Assembly (NCBI GenBank): GCA_041488375.1
Contig: JBGPPD010000003.1
Span: 1 to 44,559 of the forward strand
Reading direction: 5' to 3'
DNA: 44,559 nucleotides
Source of the DNA: Gammaproteobacteria bacterium
GTDB lineage: Bacteria > Pseudomonadota > Gammaproteobacteria > Burkholderiales > SG8-39
Shown here in pieces: positions 15,626-24,470 of this stretch. The position numbers and the translations under genes were made by a program. How positions within the stretch are numbered: position 1 is the first letter of the stretch; each line of letters starts with the position of its first letter. Below the pieces are notes generated by a model. It saw only the letters and a program-made list of their open reading frames with translations. It ran no database searches and was not told the DNA's origin.

Positions 15626-16141
15626 CTAGCGTTTCGCCGCCGTCACTGCGGTGACGATGGCCCGCAGGATCGCCACCGGCTCCGGTGGGCAGCCGGGCAC
15701 CGCGACATCCACCGGGATCACGTTGGCCACCCGGCCGCGGCTGGCGTAGTTCTCCCCGAAGACGCCGCCGTCGCAGCCGCAGTCGCCGACCGCCACCACT
15801 AGTTTCGGTTCCGGCACCGCCTCGTAGGTGCGCTGCAGCGCCTGCTCCATGTTGCGCGACACCGGTCCGGTGACCAGCAGCAAATCGGCATGCCGCGGGC
15901 TGGCGACGAACTTGAACCCGCGTCCCTCCAGGTTGTAGTAGGGATTGTTGAGGCCGTGGATTTCCAGCTCGCAGCCGTTGCACGAGCCGGCATCGACGTG
16001 GCGGATGGCCAGCGCACGGCCGAGCAGGCGAAGGATTTCCTCGTTGAGGCGCGGCGCGCCCCGGCGCAGGGCTTCGTCCGCGGACGGCGGCGGTTCGCTC
16101 TTCAGCCCGACCTGCGCGATCTTGATCAGGATCTTGTACAC
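15626..16141 (-). CDS. NuoB/HycG/HyfI-like small subunit of a group-4-hydrogenase-related (Ehr-type) complex
   Basis: GTG at 16141, 2 nt after the large-subunit stop. Cys motifs [17 protein letters not shown] and PGCPPEP are present, i.e. the four [4Fe-4S] (N2-type) ligand positions. Confidence 0.85.
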   Translation of the reverse strand: MYKILIKIAQVGLKSEPPPSADEALRRGAPRLNEEILRLLGRALAIRHVDAGSCNGCELEIHGLNNPYYNLEGRGFKFVASPRHADLLLVTGPVSRNMEQALQRTYEAVPEPKLVVAVGDCGCDGGVFGENYASRGRVANVIPVDVAVPGCPPEPVAILRAIVTAVTAAKR

Positions 16142-16143
16142 GG

Positions 16144-17703
16144 CTACAGGTCCACGCCCGCGTAGGACAGGTTGAAGGATTTGTTGATCAGCGGGAAATC
16201 GGGAACGATGTTGCCGATCACCGCGTGCTCGAGCGCCGGCCAGTTCTGCCACGACGGGTCGTGCGGGTGGCAGCGCCGCACCTGCCCGCCCGCGCCGGCA
16301 TGCAGCGCGACGATCACTTCGCCGCGCCAGCCCTCCACCCAGCCGATGCCGAAGCCGCCCGCGGCCGCCGTGCCGAGCGGGGAGCGCAATGCCCCCGCGG
16401 GCAGACCCTCGAGGAGCAGGCGCTGCAGCCGCAGCGACTCCAATGCCTCTTCGAAGCGCACCACGATGCGTGCCGCGACATCGCCATTGCGGTGCGATGC
16501 AATCGCGGGCTGCAGCTCGCCATAGGGCGCAAAGCCTGGATGCACTCGCGCGTCCATGGCATGCCCGCTCGCTCGAGCCGCGAGGCCGACCACGCCGAGC
16601 AGGGCGGCGGTGCGCGGCGTGAGCCGCCCGCAGGTGATGCAGCGGTCCTGCAGGCCCGAATGATCGTAGTAGATGGCGCGCAGGCTCCGCAGCTCGTCTG
16701 CCAGCCGCTCGCCTTCTTCGAGCAGCGCCTGCGCGGCCGGGGAATCGACGTCGCAGGCGACGCCGCCCGGCACCACGCGGTCCATCAGGTAGCGGTGGCC
16801 GAAAACCCGGGCGTTGCTGCGCAGGAAGTCCTCTTTCAGCCGCGAGAATTGCGCCAGCCCGAACGCGAGCCCGCCGTCGTTGCCCAGGGCGCCCAGGTCG
16901 CCCAGGTGGTTGGCGATGCGCTCGCGCTCCAGCAGCAGGGCCCGCAGGAACAGCGCGCGCCGGCCGGGCTCGGTGCCGGCGATGGCTTCGAGCGCCATGG
17001 CATAGGCCCAGGCGTAGGCCACGGTGCTGTCGCCGGAGACGCGTCCGGCGAGCCGCGCGCCTTCTTCCAGGCCCATGGCCTCGAAGCGCTTTTCGATGCC
17101 CTTGTGCTTGTAGCCCAGTCTCTGCTCGAGCCGCAGCACCTGCTCGCCGACGACGGAGAAGCGGAAATGGCCGGGTTCAATGGTGCCAGCGTGCACCGGC
17201 CCCACCGCTATTTCGTGCACGCCGTCGCCAGCGACCTGCACGAAGTCGTAGCGGCCACTGCCGGGCGGCAGCGCCGCGGCAAGCGGCACGTCGCGGCGCA
17301 GCGGGAACGCGTCCTCGCGCCATGCAGCGTGACGCAGCCAGCCGCGTGCGTCGGGCGCCGCATGCGCCGCCGTCACCGCGCGCACGCCGACCAGGTCGAA
17401 CGCGGCGCGCTGCATCCTGGCGGCGCAGGGATAAACGTCGGACAGGTCCGGATAGCTGGGCGCCTGCTCGGGCAGCGCGAGCTCCAGGCACACCAGCCCC
17501 TCGAAGGTGACCAGCAGCGCGCGCACGCTGAAGCCGCCGGCCGCGTCGCGCTCGTCGTTGGCCCACAGGGCCGCCAGCCTGCCGCCGGCGCGCGCCACGG
17601 CTTCGCATCCCGTGCGCCAGAGCTGCGCCTCGACGGCGGCGCGCCAGACGGGCACGGCGCCCGCTAGCGCCTGCAGCTGGATTCCGGGAAGGGGCGGCGG
17701 CAT
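16144..17703 (-). CDS. Fused NuoC-NuoD/HycE/HyfG-like large subunit without [NiFe] cysteine ligands (Ehr-type)
   Basis: VGPVHAGTIEPGHFRF and RLGYKHKGIEK are hallmarks of group-4 large subunits. Where RxCGxCxxxH is expected it reads RVSGDSTVAY. The C-terminus reads INKSFNLSYAGVDL instead of DPCxxC. Confidence 0.85.
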   Translation of the reverse strand: MPPPLPGIQLQALAGAVPVWRAAVEAQLWRTGCEAVARAGGRLAALWANDERDAAGGFSVRALLVTFEGLVCLELALPEQAPSYPDLSDVYPCAARMQRAAFDLVGVRAVTAAHAAPDARGWLRHAAWREDAFPLRRDVPLAAALPPGSGRYDFVQVAGDGVHEIAVGPVHAGTIEPGHFRFSVVGEQVLRLEQRLGYKHKGIEKRFEAMGLEEGARLAGRVSGDSTVAYAWAYAMALEAIAGTEPGRRALFLRALLLERERIANHLGDLGALGNDGGLAFGLAQFSRLKEDFLRSNARVFGHRYLMDRVVPGGVACDVDSPAAQALLEEGERLADELRSLRAIYYDHSGLQDRCITCGRLTPRTAALLGVVGLAARASGHAMDARVHPGFAPYGELQPAIASHRNGDVAARIVVRFEEALESLRLQRLLLEGLPAGALRSPLGTAAAGGFGIGWVEGWRGEVIVALHAGAGGQVRRCHPHDPSWQNWPALEHAVIGNIVPDFPLINKSFNLSYAGVDL

Positions 17704-17707
17704 GGTC

Positions 17708-19162
17708 CTAGCCGATCAGGCGCGCCGCCTGCCGGTACCAGATGGCGAGGTAGGGCGGCATGTAAAGGCCGAGCGCCAGCACCAGTGCGAGGTGGGTGAA
17801 TACCGGGACCAGGGCCGGCGGGTGCGGCAGCCTGCGGCCGGTGGAATCGCCGAACACCATCGGCTGCACCTTGCCGAAGATCGATGCGAAGGCGATGCCG
17901 AGGGACACCAGCAGGATGGGCGTTGCCCAGGGCTGCTGCGCCATGGCGGTGGTCAGGATCAGGAATTCGCTCGCGAATACCCCGAACGGCGGCATGCCGA
18001 GGATCGCGGCGGTGCCCAGCATCAGTCCCCAACCCACCGTCGGGTTGACACCCAGCAGTCCGCGGATCTCCGCCATCACCTGGGTACCCGCTTTCTGCGC
18101 CGCGTGCCCGACGGCGAAGAATATGGCGCTCTTGGTGAGCGAGTGCACGGTCATATGCAGCAGGCCGGCGAAGCTGGCGACCGGGCCGCCCATGCCGAAG
18201 GCGAAGGTGATCAGCCCCATGTGCTCGATCGACGAGTAGGCGAACATGCGCTTGATGTCGCGCTGCCGGGACAGGAAGAACGCCGCCACCACCACCGAGG
18301 CGAGGCCGAAGCCCATCAGCAGGTGGCTGGCGAACGGCCGCTCCAGCGTGCCGTCGGTGAGCACCTTGAAGCGGATCAGCGCGTACAGCGCGACGTTCAG
18401 CAGCAGCCCGGAGAGCACCGCGGACACGGGCGTCGGACCTTCCGCGTGCGCATCGGGCAGCCAGTTGTGCAGCGGCACCAGGCCCACCTTGGTGCCATAG
18501 CCGACCAGCAGGAACACGAAGGCAATCGACATCACCGTCGGCTCGAGCTGGTCCTTGACCGCGTCGAGGTGCGTCCACAGCAACGAGCCGATGCCGGCGC
18601 CGAGGACCTTCTCGGCGGCGAAGTACACCAGGATGGTGCCGAGCAGCGCCTGGGCGATGCCGACACCGCACAGGATGAAATATTTCCAGGCGGCCTCGAG
18701 CGAGGCGTGCGTGCGATACAGCGCCACCAGCAGCACGGTGGTCAGGGTGGCCGCCTCCATGGCCACCCACATGACGCCCAGGTTGTTGGTGGTGAGCACC
18801 AGCAGCATCGCCAGGCTGAACAGCTGGTACATGCTGTGGTACAGGCGCATGCCGCCCGTGGACACGCGGCCGTGGTCGCACTCGATGCGCATGTAAGGGG
18901 CGGAGAACATGGCCGTGGTCATGGCCACGAAGGCGGTCAGCGCCACCAGGAACACATTGAGCGAGTCGACGAAGAACTGCTCGCCGGCCACCTTGACCGG
19001 GCCGTCGGCGACGACGCGTGCCACCAGCGCCGCCGCGGCGACGAAGGTCAGCAGGCTGAAGCCGATGTTGGCCTCCGCGGCGCGCGGCCGGTGGCCGATC
19101 AGGGCGAGGACCATGCCGCCGGCGAGCGGCGAGGCGAGCAGCAGGAAGATTTCCGGCGCCAT
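17708..19162 (-). CDS. NuoM/N / HyfF-like antiporter-type membrane subunit
   Basis: ATG at 19162 (MAPEIFLLLASPLAGG). Multi-pass protein with the WLPDAHAEGPTPVSA motif. 1-nt TGATG overlap with the upstream gene. Confidence 0.85.
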   Translation of the reverse strand: MAPEIFLLLASPLAGGMVLALIGHRPRAAEANIGFSLLTFVAAAALVARVVADGPVKVAGEQFFVDSLNVFLVALTAFVAMTTAMFSAPYMRIECDHGRVSTGGMRLYHSMYQLFSLAMLLVLTTNNLGVMWVAMEAATLTTVLLVALYRTHASLEAAWKYFILCGVGIAQALLGTILVYFAAEKVLGAGIGSLLWTHLDAVKDQLEPTVMSIAFVFLLVGYGTKVGLVPLHNWLPDAHAEGPTPVSAVLSGLLLNVALYALIRFKVLTDGTLERPFASHLLMGFGLASVVVAAFFLSRQRDIKRMFAYSSIEHMGLITFAFGMGGPVASFAGLLHMTVHSLTKSAIFFAVGHAAQKAGTQVMAEIRGLLGVNPTVGWGLMLGTAAILGMPPFGVFASEFLILTTAMAQQPWATPILLVSLGIAFASIFGKVQPMVFGDSTGRRLPHPPALVPVFTHLALVLALGLYMPPYLAIWYRQAARLIG

Positions 19163-19824
19163 CAGCGCTCGCGCAGCTTCTCGAGGTGGCGCGTATCCAC
19201 CGAATCGAAGCGCTCGCGGATCTGGAACACGAAGATACCCAGGATCAGCGCGCCGACCAGCACGTCGAGGGCGACGCCGAACTCGATCACCATCGGCATG
19301 CCGTACACGGCGCCGGTGGCGGCGAAGAACAGGCCGTTCTCCATCGACAGGAAGCCGATCACCTGCGGCACCGCCTTGGAGCGGGTGATCATCATCAGGA
19401 AGGACAGCAGCACGCTGGCCAGGGCGATGCCGAAGGTCGAACGCGTGACCGTGCCGGCGAGCTGCGAGATCGGCAGCGCCAGGTTGAAGGCGAGGATCAC
19501 CAGCACGATGCCCACCAGCATGGTGGTCGGGATGTTGATCAGCGTCTCGACGTCCCACTTCACGTTCAGCCGCCGGATCAGCAGGTGCAGGATCCAGGGC
19601 AGGGCGATGACCTTGAGCGCGAGCGTGAGGGCGGCCGAGCCGTAGAGGTGGTGCTGGCCGGTGAGCCAGGCGACCAGGACCGTCGACAGGAACAGGACGA
19701 AGCCCTGCGCGGCGTACAGGTTGATCAGCGAGAGGATCCTGCGCTGCGCGAGCATGGCGAAGGCGAGCAGCAGCAGCACCGCCGCGAACAGGTTGACCAA
19801 CTGGGGGCCGTAGTGCTGCAGCAT
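19162..19824 (-). CDS. HyfE-like small membrane subunit
   Basis: 220-aa polytopic protein in the HyfE position between the NuoH-like and antiporter-like genes. The call rests on position and general resemblance. Confidence 0.8.
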   Translation of the reverse strand: MLQHYGPQLVNLFAAVLLLLAFAMLAQRRILSLINLYAAQGFVLFLSTVLVAWLTGQHHLYGSAALTLALKVIALPWILHLLIRRLNVKWDVETLINIPTTMLVGIVLVILAFNLALPISQLAGTVTRSTFGIALASVLLSFLMMITRSKAVPQVIGFLSMENGLFFAATGAVYGMPMVIEFGVALDVLVGALILGIFVFQIRERFDSVDTRHLEKLRER

Positions 19825-19825
19825 C

Positions 19826-20776
19826 TCAGCCTTCCAGCAGGACGTGCAGCAGCATCGCCAGCACCGCCAGCAGGAACGCGGTGGCGAGGAACTCGGGGGC
19901 GCGGAAGATCCGCATCTTCGCGCTGAGCGTTTCGATCAGGGCGAGCAGGAACCCGCCGACCGCGAGCTTGAGGCCCAGTGCCGGCAGCGCGAGCAGCAGC
20001 CCGAGCCAGTCGCCGCGCTCGGCGACGCCGAACGGGAAGAACAGCGCGAGCCCGATGCACGAATAGACGAACAGCTTGAGGCTCGCCGCCCATTCGATCA
20101 GCGCCAGGTGCCGGCCCGAGTACTCGAGCACCATCGCCTCGTGGATCATCGTCAGCTCCAGGTGCGTCGCGGGGTTGTCCACGGGTATGCGCGCGTTCTC
20201 GGCGAGCGACACCATGGTGAAGGCCACCCCCGCGAACGCCATGCTGGGGTAGATCACGAACTCCCGGTGCGCCAGCACGTCGACGATGGTGGCGAGCGAG
20301 GTGGAGCCGGAAATCAGCGAGGCGGTGAACAGCACCATCAGCAGCGCAGGCTCCGCCAGGAAGCCCACCAGCATCTCGCGCCGCGCGCCCAGGGAGCCGA
20401 ATGCGGTGCCCACATCCATGCCGGCGAGCGCGACGAACAGGCGCGCCAGCGCCAGCAGCCCGACCAGGGCGATGGCATCCGCCGCGGCGTTGAGCGGCAG
20501 GTCGGTGCCAATCTTGGGCACGATCGCGGAGGCGAGCGCGAGGCAACCGAAGATCACGTAGGGCGCGGCACGGAACAGCGGGCTCGCATTGTGCGCCAGC
20601 ACCACTTCCTTGCTGAACTGCTTGCCCAGCACGCGGTAGGGCTGCAGCAATCCCGGGCCGCTGCGGTTCTGCAGCCAGGCGCGGCATTGGTTCACCCAAC
20701 CGGTGAGCATCGGCGCGAGCAGCACGGCGAGCGCCAGCACGGCGAACTGGGCGACGAGCCCCGGGATGCTGCTCAT
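19826..20776 (-). CDS. NuoH / HycD / HyfC-like membrane subunit
   Basis: The N-terminal RAWLQNRSGPGLLQPY motif is typical of NuoH/HycD-type subunits. 316 aa, polytopic. Confidence 0.88.
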   Translation of the reverse strand: MSSIPGLVAQFAVLALAVLLAPMLTGWVNQCRAWLQNRSGPGLLQPYRVLGKQFSKEVVLAHNASPLFRAAPYVIFGCLALASAIVPKIGTDLPLNAAADAIALVGLLALARLFVALAGMDVGTAFGSLGARREMLVGFLAEPALLMVLFTASLISGSTSLATIVDVLAHREFVIYPSMAFAGVAFTMVSLAENARIPVDNPATHLELTMIHEAMVLEYSGRHLALIEWAASLKLFVYSCIGLALFFPFGVAERGDWLGLLLALPALGLKLAVGGFLLALIETLSAKMRIFRAPEFLATAFLLAVLAMLLHVLLEG

Positions 20777-20783
20777 GGCGCGC

Positions 20784-22781
20784 TCATCCGACGAACAGCA
20801 GCAGCGCCAGCAAAGTGGCGAAGCTGTAGGTCAGATAGACCGAAATCCTGCCGCGCTGCAGCAGGGTGACCAGCGAGGTTGCATAGTTGGCGGCGCGCGC
20901 CACCGGCAGGTAGAGCCAGTACCAAAGGCGATCCTCATGCGTCTCGTGGTAGGACGGCCGCGCGTCGAGCGGCGCCGGGGCGTGCTGTTCGATGCGGAAG
21001 AACGGCTCGAACACGTGGCGCACCGGCTGGCCGAAGCCCTCGGCGCTGTCCTGCATGCGCGCGTCCTGGTACGGGAAGCCGCAATCCCAGGGCGCGGCGC
21101 GGCGCATGCGGCCATGGTAGAAGGCGCGCACCGTGAGCCAGGTGAGGGTCACCAGCAGCGCCGTGACCGCGAAGAACAACAGCGGGCTGTAGCTCGCGCG
21201 CTCGGGCTGCAGCGGGGCGAGGAACAGCCAGCCCTGCGTCAGGCTGGCCATGCCGAATCCGGTGAGTTCCCGCGTGACCGGGTCGAGCAGCCCGATCACC
21301 GTCGCCGGCACGAGCCCGAGCACGATGCACCCGGCAGCGAGCCAGGCGAGGCCGGTCCGCTGCCAGGTGTCGGCGTCGTGCGCCGCGGCCAGCCCCTCCT
21401 CGCGCGGCTGGCCGAGGAACACCACGCCGTAAAACTTGACCATCACGTAGCCCGACAGCGCCGCCGTGAGTGCGACCACGGCGGCGGCGACCGGCACCAG
21501 CATGTTGAGGTAGGCCTGCGGCAGCCCGGGCGTGAATAGGAAGGCCTGCAGCAGCAGCCATTCCGACACGAAGCCGTTGAGCGGCGGCAGGCCGGCGATG
21601 GCGATGCTGCCGATGAGCGCGCACCAGGCGACCCAGGGCATGCGGTGGATCAGGCCGCCGAGCTTGCCCAGGTTGCGCTCGCCGGTCGCGTGCAGCACCG
21701 AACCCGCGCACAGGAACAGCAGCGACTTGAAAAACGCGTGGTTGAGGCAGTGGTACAGCGTCGCTGTCAGCGCGAGCGCCGCCAGCGTGCCCATGCCGAA
21801 GCCGTGGAAGATCAGCGTCAGGCCGAAACCGGCGAAGATCAGGCCGATGTTCTCGATCGACGAATAGGCGAGCAGCCGCTTGATGTCGGTCTGCACCGCG
21901 GCGAAGACCACGCCGCCCAGCGCGGACACCAGGCCGAGGGCGAGGGCGATGGTGCCCCACCACCATACCGGCTGGCCGACCAGGTCGAGCGCGACGCGCA
22001 GCACGCCGTAGACCGCGGTCTTCAGCATCACCGCGCTCAGCAGCGCCGAGACCGGCGAGGGCGCCGCCGGGTGCGCCTCGGGCAGCCAGACGTGCAGCGG
22101 CACGATGCCTGCTTTGGCGCCGAAGCCGAGCAAAGCCAGCAGGAACGCGGCAGTGGCGTAGCCGGCACTGGGTTGGACCGCGCGCATGTGGTCGAACGTG
22201 TAGTCGCCGCCGCCCGCCTGCAACGCGCCGAAGCACAGCAGGATCGAAAGCGCGCCGATGTGCGCGATCAGCAGGTAGAGGTAGCCTGCGCGCCGGATCT
22301 CGGCGTGCTGGTGGTCGCTGGTGATGAGGAAAAACGAGGCGAGCGCCATGGTTTCCCACGCCACCATGAAGAAATAGGCGTCGTTGGCGACCAGCACCAG
22401 CAGCATGCTGGCGAGGAACACGTGGTAGTACAGGCACAGCAGCCCCGGCGCCGTGCGCTCGCCCGCGCGCAGGTAGCCACAGGCGAAGATCGACACGCCC
22501 GCCGCCACCGCGCTGAGCAGCAGCAGGAAGAACGACGACAGCGCGTCGATGCGCGCATGGAACGGCAGGTCCGGCAGGCCGAGCGGCAACACCAGCGAGC
22601 GCGGCGCGGAGAACACGCCCTGCAGGGCGAACGCGGCCAGCGCAAGCCCCACCAGCGCGCCCGCCGGGAACAGCACACGGCTGCTCAACGCGAGGCTCTG
22701 CGGCCTGAGGAGCCCTGCCGCGCCGATCGCGAGCCAGGCGGCGCCTGCCGCCAGCGTCGCCTGCAGGGGGGCAGCCTCCAC
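20784..22781 (-). CDS. NuoL / HyfB-like antiporter-type membrane subunit
   Basis: GTG at 22781 overlaps the kinase TAG by 1 nt; an alternative in-frame GTG lies at 22790. About 665 aa with WLPEAHPAAPSPVSALLSAVMLK. The upstream part of track ORF 20784..23180 is antisense to the kinase. Confidence 0.85.
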   Translation of the reverse strand: MEAAPLQATLAAGAAWLAIGAAGLLRPQSLALSSRVLFPAGALVGLALAAFALQGVFSAPRSLVLPLGLPDLPFHARIDALSSFFLLLLSAVAAGVSIFACGYLRAGERTAPGLLCLYYHVFLASMLLVLVANDAYFFMVAWETMALASFFLITSDHQHAEIRRAGYLYLLIAHIGALSILLCFGALQAGGGDYTFDHMRAVQPSAGYATAAFLLALLGFGAKAGIVPLHVWLPEAHPAAPSPVSALLSAVMLKTAVYGVLRVALDLVGQPVWWWGTIALALGLVSALGGVVFAAVQTDIKRLLAYSSIENIGLIFAGFGLTLIFHGFGMGTLAALALTATLYHCLNHAFFKSLLFLCAGSVLHATGERNLGKLGGLIHRMPWVAWCALIGSIAIAGLPPLNGFVSEWLLLQAFLFTPGLPQAYLNMLVPVAAAVVALTAALSGYVMVKFYGVVFLGQPREEGLAAAHDADTWQRTGLAWLAAGCIVLGLVPATVIGLLDPVTRELTGFGMASLTQGWLFLAPLQPERASYSPLLFFAVTALLVTLTWLTVRAFYHGRMRRAAPWDCGFPYQDARMQDSAEGFGQPVRHVFEPFFRIEQHAPAPLDARPSYHETHEDRLWYWLYLPVARAANYATSLVTLLQRGRISVYLTYSFATLLALLLFVG

Positions 22782-23995
22782 TACGCCCACACGATGAGGG
22801 CCGCCACGATCAGTCCGGCGATGGCGCACGCCGCCACGAAGGCGGTGTCGCGCCGGTTCCAGCCGCCGCCCGCCATCACCGTGGTCTGCAGCGTGAGGGG
22901 CATGGTGCTGGCCGAGGGGTCGACGGTCTTGCCGGCATCGCTGAGTGCCGCCAGGCGCTGCGTCGCCTCCAGCGAATCGAAGGTGCGCGACACGCCGCGC
23001 GCCGGCGCCGCATCCGGCGCAGCGGCGTCCTCCTCCGCGCGGCGCGAGCGCTCGACGCTCTGCGCCAGCACCGCGGTCTTGACTTCGGGATCCACGACCG
23101 CAGGCGTCGGGCCCGGCGCCAGGGTCGCCAGCGGCAGCGTCGTGGTGGAGCTCGGCGCGACGTACACCTGGTGCTCGCATTCACGCAGGCCGCGCGCGAT
23201 TTCGGCGGCGCTCTGGAAGCGTTCGTCCAACGCCTTGGCCAGCATGCGCCCGACGATCAGGTCGAGCGCGCCGGGGGCCGCCGGGTTGATGGCGCTGGGC
23301 GCCGGCGGCACGAAGTTCACGATCTGGTACATCACCGCGTTCACGCTCTCGCCCGTGAAGGGCGCGGCGCCGGTCAGCATTTCGTACAGGATCACGCCGA
23401 GGGAAAAGATGTCGCAGCGGTGGTCGGCGCGCTTGCCGATCACCTGCTCGGGCGACATGTATTTGGGCGAGCCCATCATCATGCCGGTCTGCGTCTGCAC
23501 GTTGGACGTGCGCATGCGCGCGATGCCGAAGTCGGTGATCTTCACCGGCCCGCTGTCGGGCACCATGATGTTCGCCGGTTTGATGTCGCGGTGCACCACG
23601 CCGCGTTCGTGCGCGTAGGCCAGGCCTTCGGCCACCTGCGCGGCGATCGACAGCGCGCGCTGCACCGTCAGCGGCTTGCCCGGCAGCAGCAGCGTACGCA
23701 GCTCCGGGCCCTCGATGTACTCCATGGCCATGTAGCAGACGTTCTCGGTCTTGCCGATGTCGTAGATCGTGACGATGTTGGGGTGGTTCAGCCCGCCGGC
23801 GGCGCGCGCCTCCTGGTAGAAGCGCTTCTCGTACATCTCGGCGCCGTCCTTGTCCATCCCCATATTGATGGTCTTGATGGCGACGGTGCGCTCGAGCATC
23901 GGGTCCTTCGCCTTGTAGACGATGCCCATCGCCCCGCGACCGATCTCCGCCACCAGTTCGAAGCGGCCGAGTTTTTGTTCTTCCATGGTCGGCAA
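22781..23995 (-). CDS. Hanks-type Ser/Thr protein kinase, C-terminally tail-anchored
   Basis: GRGAMGIVYKA...VAIK, HRDIKPANIM, DFGIAR and SPKYMSPEQ motifs. One C-terminal TM helix (FVAACAIAGLIVAALIVWA) lies at the very end. The start is TTG 23995 or ATG 23986; neither has a clear Shine-Dalgarno. Confidence 0.9.
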   Translation of the reverse strand: MPTMEEQKLGRFELVAEIGRGAMGIVYKAKDPMLERTVAIKTINMGMDKDGAEMYEKRFYQEARAAGGLNHPNIVTIYDIGKTENVCYMAMEYIEGPELRTLLLPGKPLTVQRALSIAAQVAEGLAYAHERGVVHRDIKPANIMVPDSGPVKITDFGIARMRTSNVQTQTGMMMGSPKYMSPEQVIGKRADHRCDIFSLGVILYEMLTGAAPFTGESVNAVMYQIVNFVPPAPSAINPAAPGALDLIVGRMLAKALDERFQSAAEIARGLRECEHQVYVAPSSTTTLPLATLAPGPTPAVVDPEVKTAVLAQSVERSRRAEEDAAAPDAAPARGVSRTFDSLEATQRLAALSDAGKTVDPSASTMPLTLQTTVMAGGGWNRRDTAFVAACAIAGLIVAALIVWA

Positions 23996-24006
23996 ACCGG
24001 CGCGCT

Positions 24007-24405
24007 TTAGCGGCCGGCCTTGACCGAGCGGAACACCGGTCCCCAGATCGGGTGGCCGGCCTCGGCCGGAGGCAGGTCGAACTCGGGCTCGATCGCCAGC
24101 GCCTTGCGGAATTCATCGCGGCAGGGGGAAGTGCGCCCGGAAACGCAGTGGATGAACGCCAGGGTCTTGTGGGCGTTCACCCGGTCGGTCCGGGCCAGCC
24201 CCTGGTCGATCGCCGACTGCAGCTGCTTGGCCGCCTCGGCGTAGTTGCCCTCCTCGTACTGCCGCAGGCCCGCGGCCATCGCCGGTTCACCCTTGCTGCG
24301 GCCGAACAGGCTCTTGAAATCCGTTTGCATGTCGCGGATCGGCTCGGACTGGCAGCCGGCGAGCAGCAGCGCGCCGGTCACCGCCACGAATACCGCATGC
24401 CTCAT
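24007..24405 (-). CDS. Lipoprotein with a TPR-like helical repeat
   Basis: ATG at 24405 follows an AGGGGGAA Shine-Dalgarno. Lipobox LLAGC. YEEGNYAEAAKQLQSAI...FRKALAIEP is TPR-like. Confidence 0.7.
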   Translation of the reverse strand: MRHAVFVAVTGALLLAGCQSEPIRDMQTDFKSLFGRSKGEPAMAAGLRQYEEGNYAEAAKQLQSAIDQGLARTDRVNAHKTLAFIHCVSGRTSPCRDEFRKALAIEPEFDLPPAEAGHPIWGPVFRSVKAGR

Positions 24406-24470
24406 GCCTGGTTCCCCCTGAACTGCATTGTGCAGTGCTAGGCGGTGGAAGATACCACCGCAGAGGCGGG

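Noticed and set aside
15626-22781. Calling the cluster a functional formate hydrogenlyase or hydrogenase-4 (hyf)
   Set aside because: The large subunit lacks all four NiFe-ligand cysteines. No HycF/HyfH ferredoxin subunit, fdhF, hycI or hyp genes are nearby. The cluster is therefore reported as hydrogenase-related (Ehr-type) rather than as a hydrogenase.
17507-23618. Long plus-strand ORFs (17507..19645, 19844..20869, 20703..21539, 21645..23618)
   Set aside because: They are antisense shadows of the antiporter-like subunits and the kinase. Their His/Arg/Gln/Glu-rich translations lack hydrophobic structure.
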